Assembly: GCA_965552055.1 (NCBI GenBank)
Contig: CBEVQO010000003.1
Location: forward strand, 1 to 64,000
DNA: 64,000 nt
DNA from: an uncultured bacterium
Lineage (GTDB): Bacteria > Hydrothermota > UBA3073 > NMUJ01 > CBEVQO01
Direction of reading: 5' to 3'
How positions within the stretch are numbered: position 1 is the first letter of the stretch; each line of letters opens with the position of its first letter. A program made the position numbers and the translations under genes. A model generated the notes under the pieces. It did no database searches, had not been told where the DNA came from, and saw nothing but the letters and a program-made list of their open reading frames with translations. Below, piece by piece: positions 9,163-18,321 of the stretch.

Positions 9163-10811
9163 ATTTTCACCGCCTTTTTTGCAAATTCTTTTTGACGTTT
9201 TTCTATTTCAGAAGGAGTCCAATCATTATATTCTACAATATTTTTAGTTATTATTAATTCTGAGTCCTTGTAAACCTCCTTTTTTCCTTCAAACGGACCA
9301 TTTCCTATATCACTATTCATTTTTTTATCCAAAAGGGTAAGATTCCCAATCCTACGATAATAAGTTTTATGTAAATTTTCATCAAAACTTGGCCAATTTC
9401 TTTGTAAATCTGTTGGATTCTCTGGTAGTATATGTTCAAGATTCACTTTCTCTGGATTCCTAATAGGTTCTAATTCGAGAGTGGTTCTATATGCCTGTTC
9501 TATTTTTCTTAAATAATAGCGAGCAATGTATGCTCTAGAAACTGAAGCAATTTCAAAGGCTTTTTTGAATTGTTCGTCTGTAGGTATTAAATTCTTTACA
9601 GAATTTAGTAACTCTTTTGCATTACTTATTTTTCCTTCATTAATAAGCTTGGCTTGTTTTGAAAATTCCTTCTCAAGAGTGCCTGAACCAATTGTACCTG
9701 TTATAAGATTTCTAACCGACCAAGATACTATAATTTTTAAAGCCTTTTTCACTTCTTCAGGCTTTTCTTTCCATATTTCGAGTATAGCAATTAAAAGTGG
9801 TCTATTTTGAGTTAATCTCAATTCTAATAATTCTTCTATATATTCTGATATATATTCTGAGCATTCTTCAGGAAAATTATTCCAAAGTGGATGATTTGGA
9901 TTTAAAATTGCAAGATAAATTTCAGAGTTCTTTTCTAAATTACTGAGAAATGTAATTACTTGATTTTTATTTTTTATTTTTTCTTTTATATTTTTGTAGA
10001 GTTCTTTTTCACGGGTTAGGCCGTGTTTTGAAGACCAGTAATATCTAATGTAACTCAATATTTCTTCTTCATTTACCCCTGATTCAATTGCCCCAGTAAA
10101 TCTGGTCCATTTGTCTTGAGCTTCGGATATTCTATCTGATGCTTTGTTAAATAAATAATTTTTAATTAAATCAGTTTGTGACAAAATCAACCCTCTATCA
10201 TTTAAGGTTTCAAAGACTGTAAATGCGTTTACATCATCAGATACAGTAACGATTATTACCAAAAGTTTATCCGTTATAAAATCAACTAAATCCAAAATTC
10301 CATCTAAACCTTCACTTTTGTACTTATTTTCGATAAAACCTCTCAAAAACGTGTATGCTTCTATTAATCTTTCGTGGGAGGCTCTAATAGGTTTTATTCT
10401 ATTCTTTTCTATCAAAGCTCTACTATAGAAGTCATTATCTATATTGTTTAAAATTAATCTTTGTTTTCTTTCTTCTTCTCTATAACTTTCCTTCACAATA
10501 AACTCATTTTCAATAGCGTCTGCTTTTTTGGCCTCTCCTATTTCTTTAAGAAAATCCCGAACAGCAATAAAGAATAAACTTACTGTGACCAACCTTTGTT
10601 GCCCATCTACGATTTCTAAATAATCTCCTTTATCTGTTACTACTATTGTGCCTATGAAATATTCATTAGGATATGAATTCGTGATGTCGTCAAATAATTC
10701 TCTGACATTTTCCTTCTGCCAAGCAAATGATCTTTGGTAAAGAGGAACTTTTAAAAATTTATCTGATAAGAAATGTCCTATTCCATCATGTTTAAAATCT
10801 ATTTTCGGCAT
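9144..10811 (-). CDS. GmrSD-like DUF262-DUF1524 (HNH) protein
   Basis: VPLYQRSFAW, IVDGQQR, FETLNDRG, C-terminal LEHILPE...IGNLTLL...N. Confidence 0.9.
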   Translation of the reverse strand: MPKIDFKHDGIGHFLSDKFLKVPLYQRSFAWQKENVRELFDDITNSYPNEYFIGTIVVTDKGDYLEIVDGQQRLVTVSLFFIAVRDFLKEIGEAKKADAIENEFIVKESYREEERKQRLILNNIDNDFYSRALIEKNRIKPIRASHERLIEAYTFLRGFIENKYKSEGLDGILDLVDFITDKLLVIIVTVSDDVNAFTVFETLNDRGLILSQTDLIKNYLFNKASDRISEAQDKWTRFTGAIESGVNEEEILSYIRYYWSSKHGLTREKELYKNIKEKIKNKNQVITFLSNLEKNSEIYLAILNPNHPLWNNFPEECSEYISEYIEELLELRLTQNRPLLIAILEIWKEKPEEVKKALKIIVSWSVRNLITGTIGSGTLEKEFSKQAKLINEGKISNAKELLNSVKNLIPTDEQFKKAFEIASVSRAYIARYYLRKIEQAYRTTLELEPIRNPEKVNLEHILPENPTDLQRNWPSFDENLHKTYYRRIGNLTLLDKKMNSDIGNGPFEGKKEVYKDSELIITKNIVEYNDWTPSEIEKRQKEFAKKAVKIWDLKI

Positions 10812-11775
10812 TTTTATCCTCCTTCATCACTTTCTTTAACAGATACTTAAATTTGTTAAGTTCATCTGTCTTGAAAGTGAACACAAAGTCATATGCTTTA
10901 ACCATTCTTGCTAAATCTCCTCTTCTTACATACCATCCGATTCCGTCTACAAAACCAATGAATAGAGCTTTGGGATAGTGCTTTTTAATCGCTTCTGCTA
11001 CTCTCTGTTCAGTTTTAGCTTTATCTCCCATTCCTGAACTTGTAGTAACTACATAAGAGCATTCAATAATTATCTTCGGTGAGCTTTTACTTGGGATTAT
11101 AAAATCTAGGGTTCGTGGTATTTTCTCCAATTTCCCCCTTTCAAATGGATATCGAAGCTCGTTCAAGATTTTTTCAATAACCACTTCAGGATTGTTACCT
11201 TTACTTGCGGCATAAGAACCCTTAGTTTTATAGCGAATTATTGTATCTATAAGGGATTCTGTTGAGAAATTTAGCTTGTTAATATCGAGCTTCTTAAATT
11301 CGAAAAGCGGGATAACTCTTCTTAAAATTGGAACAGTTGATCCCCTAAAAAATAAATTAACTATTCCTTCTGCAAATTTTCTGTTGCTTCTCACGTACGA
11401 CTTAATTTTCTCTAAAGTCCATTCTCTTTTAAAATCTTCTTTCGGCCAGTGATCTTTATTTACAATTCTATTTAACTCTTTGTCATCCACAACTCTAATA
11501 AAGGTCATTAAGCGGAGTAAACTTTCTTTTGAGAATCCTGTAAGGGTTAACAAAGCGTCCAATCCATCTTCCGTGCTCATAATATGCTCTATAAAAATTT
11601 CTTCTTTCAAACCTTCCTGTTCAACTTTGTTTTTAAGAATAAAGAGATTCTGTGCTAATGAGGATATATAGGCTTCATACTCTTCCTCGAATTCTACATT
11701 CTGAAAGTAAAATGTATTTTTCTCTATTACAATCTTAAACTTCGTTTTATTATCTGGAAACTTAAAACTTGGCAT
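10792..11775 (-). CDS. Type II restriction endonuclease (PD-(D/E)xK, DpnII-like fold)
   Basis: TLDFIIP...KIIIECSY, FIGFVDGIGW; located between two MTase genes. Confidence 0.75.
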   Translation of the reverse strand: MPSFKFPDNKTKFKIVIEKNTFYFQNVEFEEEYEAYISSLAQNLFILKNKVEQEGLKEEIFIEHIMSTEDGLDALLTLTGFSKESLLRLMTFIRVVDDKELNRIVNKDHWPKEDFKREWTLEKIKSYVRSNRKFAEGIVNLFFRGSTVPILRRVIPLFEFKKLDINKLNFSTESLIDTIIRYKTKGSYAASKGNNPEVVIEKILNELRYPFERGKLEKIPRTLDFIIPSKSSPKIIIECSYVVTTSSGMGDKAKTEQRVAEAIKKHYPKALFIGFVDGIGWYVRRGDLARMVKAYDFVFTFKTDELNKFKYLLKKVMKEDKNAENRF

Positions 11776-11777
11776 CT

Positions 11778-13178
11778 TTATCCCTCCTTTCTGAAGATTA
11801 GCACAAATTCCTCATGCATTGTATTTCGTATGCCTTTTATTGGTTTTTTTATTTCTCTAACAAGGTTTAACCCATATGTCGCACCGAATTCTTTGATTTT
11901 GTTTTCAAGTCTTATACCACCTGTCTGTATATCGTTTGAGCCAATTATTATTACGGCGTACTTGCCAGCCTTTAATACTCTTGAAATTTCTGACATAACT
12001 TTGCTCATATCATCAAAATATTTTTGTAATTTTTCTTTTCTGCTCCTACCGTTTAATCCGATCATCTCGTTTTTTAATTTATCAACATCAAACCCTAGAT
12101 ATTCCAATTGTGGTCTATCGTTTTCAGCATAATCTATCGCGAAAGAGTAAGGTGGAGATGTTATTACACCATCCACTGAAGCATCCTTTATCATTGATAA
12201 ATCTCGTGCATCACCAAATTCTATTTTCCCTTTACCTAATTTAAGATTTAATTCCTTAGAAATAGAAAGAAAACTTTTAACCTGTTTAACATATCTACTT
12301 AATACTTGAGGAAATAGTTGCTTTATACTTTTTGTAGTTCTACGTGCATACCCCATGGAATCTAGAAATGCTAATAAAAATAATCTCTTTATTTTACTTT
12401 CTTCGTCTTCAGCAAAAAGTAATTCATTTTTAATCTGTTTTGTTGTTAGGAATTCATTGATTATTTCTTTTGGATTTTTTAATACTTTATCCAACAATTC
12501 TAAACTTAAACTTAGCGATTCTAGTTTTACTTTTGACATAAAACATGCAAAAGGGTTTTTGTCTATACCTATAGAATTAATCCCAATTAATGCCGCTTCA
12601 ACATTCAATGTTCCACTTCCACACATAGGGTCTAATACAGTTTCGCCTTCCTTAATACCTAATATATTCATTAAAGCCTTAATCATTTGAGGATGAAACT
12701 TTCCTCTGTATGGAAATAATCCGTGAGTGGCATATCCAGTTGAATATATCCCATTCATAAAATATGATATCGTGGCTTTTGAACGATTCTCGAATAGTGC
12801 TTTACTTGTTTCCTTGCATATTTTAGAATGAATTGTTTCTATTCCATCTATAGACTTAAAATAAGCACCTCTCTTTATTAATTCTTCTTTTGAGAGTATT
12901 TTTGATTCATAATAAGCAAATTCTAACTCAAAAATTTCTGTTACACTGGGTAATAACTCAAAACTGTTAGGGAATAACATTTCGGAAATTGTCGGTAAGC
13001 TTAGAGTAGATAAACCATTAAATGTACTTTTACTCACCATTCTTTTCCACCTTTTTAGTTCATTTCTCATGAAATTCTCAATTTGTTTAGATATTATCAA
13101 TCCTTTTTTATCACAATACTCCTTGTATTTCTCGTAAATTTCAGCATCAACTGAAAGTGTAATCCTTTTGTTGACCAT
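11778..13178 (-). CDS. N4-cytosine-type DNA methyltransferase (alpha order) with N-terminal RHH-like domain
   Basis: THGLFPYRGKFHPQM, LDPMCGSGT, ITSPPY; N-terminal KRITLSVDAEIYEKYKEYC...ISKQIENFM. Confidence 0.85.
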   Translation of the reverse strand: MVNKRITLSVDAEIYEKYKEYCDKKGLIISKQIENFMRNELKRWKRMVSKSTFNGLSTLSLPTISEMLFPNSFELLPSVTEIFELEFAYYESKILSKEELIKRGAYFKSIDGIETIHSKICKETSKALFENRSKATISYFMNGIYSTGYATHGLFPYRGKFHPQMIKALMNILGIKEGETVLDPMCGSGTLNVEAALIGINSIGIDKNPFACFMSKVKLESLSLSLELLDKVLKNPKEIINEFLTTKQIKNELLFAEDEESKIKRLFLLAFLDSMGYARRTTKSIKQLFPQVLSRYVKQVKSFLSISKELNLKLGKGKIEFGDARDLSMIKDASVDGVITSPPYSFAIDYAENDRPQLEYLGFDVDKLKNEMIGLNGRSRKEKLQKYFDDMSKVMSEISRVLKAGKYAVIIIGSNDIQTGGIRLENKIKEFGATYGLNLVREIKKPIKGIRNTMHEEFVLIFRKEG

Positions 13179-13190
13179 CTATCTCCCTCT

Positions 13191-13237
13191 TATTTACTTG
13201 GATTGGTAAATATACATTCATATTTAAAAACTTTTCC
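13191..13237 (-). promoter_or_regulatory. Archaeal-type BRE/TATA promoter with palindromic operator
   Basis: Minus strand GGAAAAG-TTTTTAAATA (13237-13221); palindrome TATTTAC-N8-GTAAATA (13191-13212). Confidence 0.55.
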
Positions 13238-13374
13238 AAGGCGACGGTGAACATTTCACTTAACTTGTTCATATCTTCTTTCTAACAGACCATTGCTTTT
13301 TGCACTGACACGAATATTTCCTTATCATCATAATTGTATAATTGGAAAGACAAAATGTCAAGCTTTTTTATGTT

Positions 13375-13716
13375 AAATTTTTAATGCGAGCGTGAGCGAG
13401 CTAATTACCAATGGGTTGTGGGTCAACACCCCGAGCGGTTAGAGCGGAACCGCATTTTTTGGAAGCAGAGAGGTAGATTTTTAAAGGTAGCAGTGATGAA
13501 AGCGGGAGCTGATTTTAGGTGCGATACTACGCTCATTATGGTGGAGAGGTTATAAAGTGTGGTAAGGCAGTTTTTTGAGGTGATTGAGGTTTTGGTTGCG
13601 AACTTGTTTTATTACGGGTAGGGCATTTTAAAGAGCGGAAGTGCGGTCAAGGCAGTGCCCTGGTAGCGAGGGGTGTGCACGAGGGCGGTGGGGACAGGGA
13701 GGTGGGGCAAAAAATT
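13375..13716 (+). repeat. Structured intergenic element, copy 3 (long form)
   Basis: GCGAGCGTGAGCGAGC head at 13386, insert similar to copy 2, G-run tail. Confidence 0.9.
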
Positions 13717-13720
13717 ATTG

Positions 13721-13747
13721 TTGACATTGTCATTATTGGATTATAAT
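13721..13747 (+). promoter_or_regulatory. sigma70-like promoter, 15-bp spacer
   Basis: TTGACA-N15-TATAAT; in-frame ATG at 13754. Confidence 0.75.
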
Positions 13748-13753
13748 AAATTG

Positions 13754-16700
13754 ATGATGATTCTTTGTGTCCTTCTTGCGTTATTTCATGAGGGCTTCGA
13801 GGGAGCTTTCCCGCCTCCGCAATGGGATACCACAAGGACATCCGCTGTTTACTGGCAGAAATCAAGCAGTGGGACACCCTTCCAGGGCTCATATTATGCT
13901 CGTGTGAAAATTACAGATGCTACAAATTCGGGTGAGATAATTTTGATGACAGATACTATTGATATTTCTGATGATGAGCCCGAAACATTAAGATACTGGT
14001 ATAGATTTTCTTATTCTGATTCCTCGTTTGGCGATTCTGATACCATTTATGTAGAAATATCTGTAGATTCGGGTAAGACATGGAATGAACTAACTTTTTA
14101 TAAATTAGGTGATGAGACAAACACATGGACAGGCGAAAAGTTTGATTTGACATCTTACAATGGTGGGAATGTAATTTTGAGATTCAGATTTGTTGATAAA
14201 GCTGGTGCCAGTGCTACTACATCTCGCTATTTCTGGCTTGATTCTGTGTGGATTTATTCAAGGTTGCCAAACAGACCCCCGGAGATAACGATAATAAAAT
14301 ATTTACCAAAGATACCCGATTCTTCCGATAATGTAACTGTAATCGCGAAAATAAAAGACGATTATGATGCTGTAATTTTAAAAGATACTCTTTTCTATTC
14401 GATAGACAGGGGGACAACATGGAAGTGGGTGTATCATGATAGTATAAGAGATAGTATTTATTATTATACGATTCCGAAGCACCCCCGTGATACTTTAGTT
14501 TATTTCTTTATAAGGGCATGGGATGATTCAGGAGCTGCAGGTGTATCTGATACTTTGTTTTACCTTGTCAGGAAATATCCTGAGATTGTGATAAATGAGA
14601 TAATGTATAATCCTTCATCTGAATTAGGTTTAGATGCAGATTTTGAATGGGTTGAGTTATATAATTATGGTGAAGATACTCTTGACCTTAGCAAATGGGA
14701 ATTTACGGATGGCTCTGATAGTTATTTAATACCTGTGGGTATAAAACTTGCACCTAAATCTTTTGTTATACTTGCGAGGAATCCGGATACTCTTTATAAG
14801 ACCGCAGAATATATGGATGATATTGGAGATGGTAATGATACAGTTTTAGGACCTACTGGTGTTAGTTTGGGCAATGCGGGTGATAATGTGATTATAAAAG
14901 ATAGTTTCGGGATAATGATAGATAGCGTCTCGTATGGTGATGCGGCTCCCTGGCCATCGGAGCCGGATGGAGGAGGTCCTTCACTTGAATTAAAATCACC
15001 TTATCTTGATAATTTAAAGCCTGAAAACTGGCAGGCATCATATGAGAAATGGGGGACACTTGGGGATACAAATTCTAAAAACCTTGTACCTGTAATTGAT
15101 AGTGTATGGAGAGAGCCACAAAATCCTTCTTCAATAGATACGACGATAATATTCGCAATCATAAAAGATGATTGGGATACATTACTTAAAGATACATTGT
15201 TTTACAGAATAAATTCAAATGCATGGATTAAAACTTTATCTGATAGCGTAAAAGATACACTATATTTCTATCATATTTTACCGCAAAATGCAGGTGATAC
15301 CGTTTCTTATTTTGTGATAACAAGAGATAGTGAGGGTAAAAAAGCACTATCCGATACTTTTTCATTTATAGTAAGAAAGTCAAATCAGCCTCCGCAGTTT
15401 GTGTGGGTAAAAAGAACCCCTCAATATCCTGATACCACAGATACCGTGATAATCATCGCAAATATAAAAGATGATTACGATACCATTATAGATAGCACTT
15501 TGCTTTATTATAAAATTAATGCAGGTAGCTGGCAAATTACACATGAAGATAGTATGAAAGATAGTTTGCATTTTTATCATATTTTACCTCAATCAATTTT
15601 GAGTGTGGTTAAGTATTTTATAAAAGCTGTAGATGATTCGGGTGCTTTTTCTGTCTCCGATACTTATACTTATGTTGTAATTGCACCTGTTCCACAGATT
15701 GTTATAAATGAGATAATGTATAATCCGTCTGATGAGCAAGGTTCAGATGATTATTTTGAATGGATAGAGTTATACAATGCAACAATAGAAACTGTAAATC
15801 TTAAAAACTGGGAGATAAGTGATGGTGAGGCTTCATACATTTTGCCTGATGTAGAGCTAGCACCGGGGCATTACCTTGTTATCGCAAGATATCAAGATAC
15901 TCTTTATAAAGATAGTACATACTTTGATGACCTTGGTAATGGGGATGATACTGTGATAGGACCCTGGGGGAGCATTGCTCTTTCTGACGAAGATGAAGTT
16001 ATTTTGCGAGATAGCCTTGGACGATTGGTTGACAGTGTTCATTATAGCTATTCATCACCCTGGCCTTCTTCACCGCGAGGAGGGGGTCCCTCACTTGAGT
16101 TAAAGTCGCCTTATCTTGATAATTTAAAGCCCGAAAACTGGCAGGCATCATATGAGAAATGGGGGACACCTGGGGAACAGAATTCAACAGCGCCTCCTTT
16201 GCCCACACTTGTTATAAATGAGATAATGTATAATCCTTCGACAGAACAAGGAACAGATTTGCAATTTGAATGGATAGAAATTTACAATATGACAGCGGAA
16301 ACTGTAAATCTTTTAAATTACAGGATTTATGTGCCGGGTTCCGGTAGTTTTACCTTCCCTGATATAGCGTTCCCTCCTTTTTATTATCTTGTCGTTGCAA
16401 GAGATACTATGGCTTTGAAAAATTGTGCGGAATATCAGGATAATTTGGGTACAGGCGACGATATTTTAACTGGTAATTTTACATTTTCGTTGAGTAATGC
16501 GGGGGCTACTGTGATTCTTTATGATAATTATGACAGAGTTATTGATAGTGTCAGTTATGGTGTATTACTTCCCTGGCCAGTTGAACCGAATGGCTTTGGA
16601 CCTTCTCTTGAACTCAAATATCCTTTCCTTGATAACACCAAACCTGAAAACTGGCAGGCATCTTATGAGAAATGGGGGACACCAGGTGATACAAATTCCA

Positions 16701-17794
16701 CACCGCCGCCAAATTTGCCTCCTGTTATAGATACCGTATGGAGAGAACCACAAGAACCACTAGCAACAGATACGGTGATAATTTTTGCAATTATAAAAGA
16801 TGATTATGATTCAATAATTGATAATGACTCTTTGAGATATAAAATAAATAGTGGAGAATGGGTCAGTGTATATCATGACAGTATGCGTGATAGTTTACAT
16901 TTTTATCATATTCCTCCGGTTTCTGATGGTGATACGGTTTATTATTACATTTGGGCACAGGATGATTCGGGTGCATTCTCAATTTCACTTCCCCAGTTTT
17001 ATATAACACCAGGGCCTCCTCCATTAATTGTTATAAACGAAATAATGTATAACCCGTCGCAAAGTCAGGGTAGTGATGTTTATTTCGAATGGATAGAGCT
17101 CTGGAATTATACGCAGGATACTGTTGATATTACTAACTGGAAGATAACCGATTTTGAGGATGAATATATCTTCCCCACGTTAAAGATGCCACCCGGTCAT
17201 TTTGTTGTGATAGCAAGGTCTCCTGATTCTATTCTTAAGTGCGTTGAATATCAGGATAACTTACTTGATGGCAATGACACAGTGATAGGTCCTTCGGGTA
17301 TTGCTCTTGCAGATAGTGATGAGATTTATCTTTATGACAGGTGGGGCAGAGTCGTCGATAGCGTTATTTATAGTAGCGGTGGTTTATGGCCCTCCAGTCC
17401 AGCGGGCAAAGGTCCATCACTTGAGCTGAAATCCCCTATGCTCGATAATGCAGAACCCGGAAGCTGGAGAGCATCACTGGAAACATACGGCACACCCGGG
17501 GATACAAATTCTGTTTATGCATTATTTGAGAGAAAAATTTTAGGATTTAAGTTCGATATTTTGCCGAATCCAGCAAAAGATATGATTTTTCTCGTTTATT
17601 CTTTGCCATATCCTTCGACGATAAAAGTCAGTATATATGACGCAATAGGAAGATGTGTAAACAAATTTACAATATACAGAAAATCAGGGAAACATAAGGA
17701 GATTTTGGATTTTAATCTACAAAACGGCGTGTATTTTGTAAAAGTTGAGGTTAACAATAAAGAAGTCGTTAAAAAACTTATAATTATAAGATGA
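13754..17794 (+). CDS. Large secreted protein with 4 lamin-tail domains, Ig-like repeats and a T9SS-type CTD
   Basis: Signal-like MMILCVLLALF; 4x (I/L)VINEIMYNPS...EW(I/V)E(L/I)xN...GPSLELK; C-terminal PNPAK...IYDAIGR...GVYFVKV...KKLIIIR. Confidence 0.85.
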   Translation: MMILCVLLALFHEGFEGAFPPPQWDTTRTSAVYWQKSSSGTPFQGSYYARVKITDATNSGEIILMTDTIDISDDEPETLRYWYRFSYSDSSFGDSDTIYVEISVDSGKTWNELTFYKLGDETNTWTGEKFDLTSYNGGNVILRFRFVDKAGASATTSRYFWLDSVWIYSRLPNRPPEITIIKYLPKIPDSSDNVTVIAKIKDDYDAVILKDTLFYSIDRGTTWKWVYHDSIRDSIYYYTIPKHPRDTLVYFFIRAWDDSGAAGVSDTLFYLVRKYPEIVINEIMYNPSSELGLDADFEWVELYNYGEDTLDLSKWEFTDGSDSYLIPVGIKLAPKSFVILARNPDTLYKTAEYMDDIGDGNDTVLGPTGVSLGNAGDNVIIKDSFGIMIDSVSYGDAAPWPSEPDGGGPSLELKSPYLDNLKPENWQASYEKWGTLGDTNSKNLVPVIDSVWREPQNPSSIDTTIIFAIIKDDWDTLLKDTLFYRINSNAWIKTLSDSVKDTLYFYHILPQNAGDTVSYFVITRDSEGKKALSDTFSFIVRKSNQPPQFVWVKRTPQYPDTTDTVIIIANIKDDYDTIIDSTLLYYKINAGSWQITHEDSMKDSLHFYHILPQSILSVVKYFIKAVDDSGAFSVSDTYTYVVIAPVPQIVINEIMYNPSDEQGSDDYFEWIELYNATIETVNLKNWEISDGEASYILPDVELAPGHYLVIARYQDTLYKDSTYFDDLGNGDDTVIGPWGSIALSDEDEVILRDSLGRLVDSVHYSYSSPWPSSPRGGGPSLELKSPYLDNLKPENWQASYEKWGTPGEQNSTAPPLPTLVINEIMYNPSTEQGTDLQFEWIEIYNMTAETVNLLNYRIYVPGSGSFTFPDIAFPPFYYLVVARDTMALKNCAEYQDNLGTGDDILTGNFTFSLSNAGATVILYDNYDRVIDSVSYGVLLPWPVEPNGFGPSLELKYPFLDNTKPENWQASYEKWGTPGDTNSTPPPNLPPVIDTVWREPQEPLATDTVIIFAIIKDDYDSIIDNDSLRYKINSGEWVSVYHDSMRDSLHFYHIPPVSDGDTVYYYIWAQDDSGAFSISLPQFYITPGPPPLIVINEIMYNPSQSQGSDVYFEWIELWNYTQDTVDITNWKITDFEDEYIFPTLKMPPGHFVVIARSPDSILKCVEYQDNLLDGNDTVIGPSGIALADSDEIYLYDRWGRVVDSVIYSSGGLWPSSPAGKGPSLELKSPMLDNAEPGSWRASLETYGTPGDTNSVYALFERKILGFKFDILPNPAKDMIFLVYSLPYPSTIKVSIYDAIGRCVNKFTIYRKSGKHKEILDFNLQNGVYFVKVEVNNKEVVKKLIIIR

Positions 17795-18321
17795 GAAGTT
17801 TTATTGCTATTCATTTGTCTGATGAAGTCAGGAAAGAGATATTAAAGCTCCAGGATGATTTGAAGAAAAAATATATGGGTGTGAAGTGGGTTGAGCCACA
17901 AAATATTCATTTAACTTTAAAGTTTTTGGGAGAAATAGATAATGTTGAAAAAGTATCTGTATGCATAAAGCGTGCGGTCAAGGGAGAAACTACTTTTGAG
18001 ATTAATTGTAAAGATGTAGGTGCTTTTCCTGATATTAGGAGGGTGAGGGTTATCTGGGTGGGGGTTGGTCTGGGACGCGATAGAGTGATAAATTTGATGA
18101 AAAAACTGGAAAATGAGCTTGCAAAAATCGGAATCCCAAAAGAAGAGGGCGAAAAAATACCGCACATTACACTTGGAAGAGTCAAAAAAGGCAGAGTATC
18201 ACTCCCTGAATTAAAATTCGAAACACAGCCTTTTAAAGTCAAAGAAATTTATTTAATGAAAAGTACACTTACATCATCGGGACCAATTTATTCTGTCATC
18301 GAAAAATATGTGCTTAAATAA
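17791..18321 (+). CDS. thpR: RNA 2',3'-cyclic phosphodiesterase
   Basis: MRSFIAI, HLTLKFLGE, PHITLGR (2H motifs). Confidence 0.92.
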   Translation: MRSFIAIHLSDEVRKEILKLQDDLKKKYMGVKWVEPQNIHLTLKFLGEIDNVEKVSVCIKRAVKGETTFEINCKDVGAFPDIRRVRVIWVGVGLGRDRVINLMKKLENELAKIGIPKEEGEKIPHITLGRVKKGRVSLPELKFETQPFKVKEIYLMKSTLTSSGPIYSVIEKYVLK

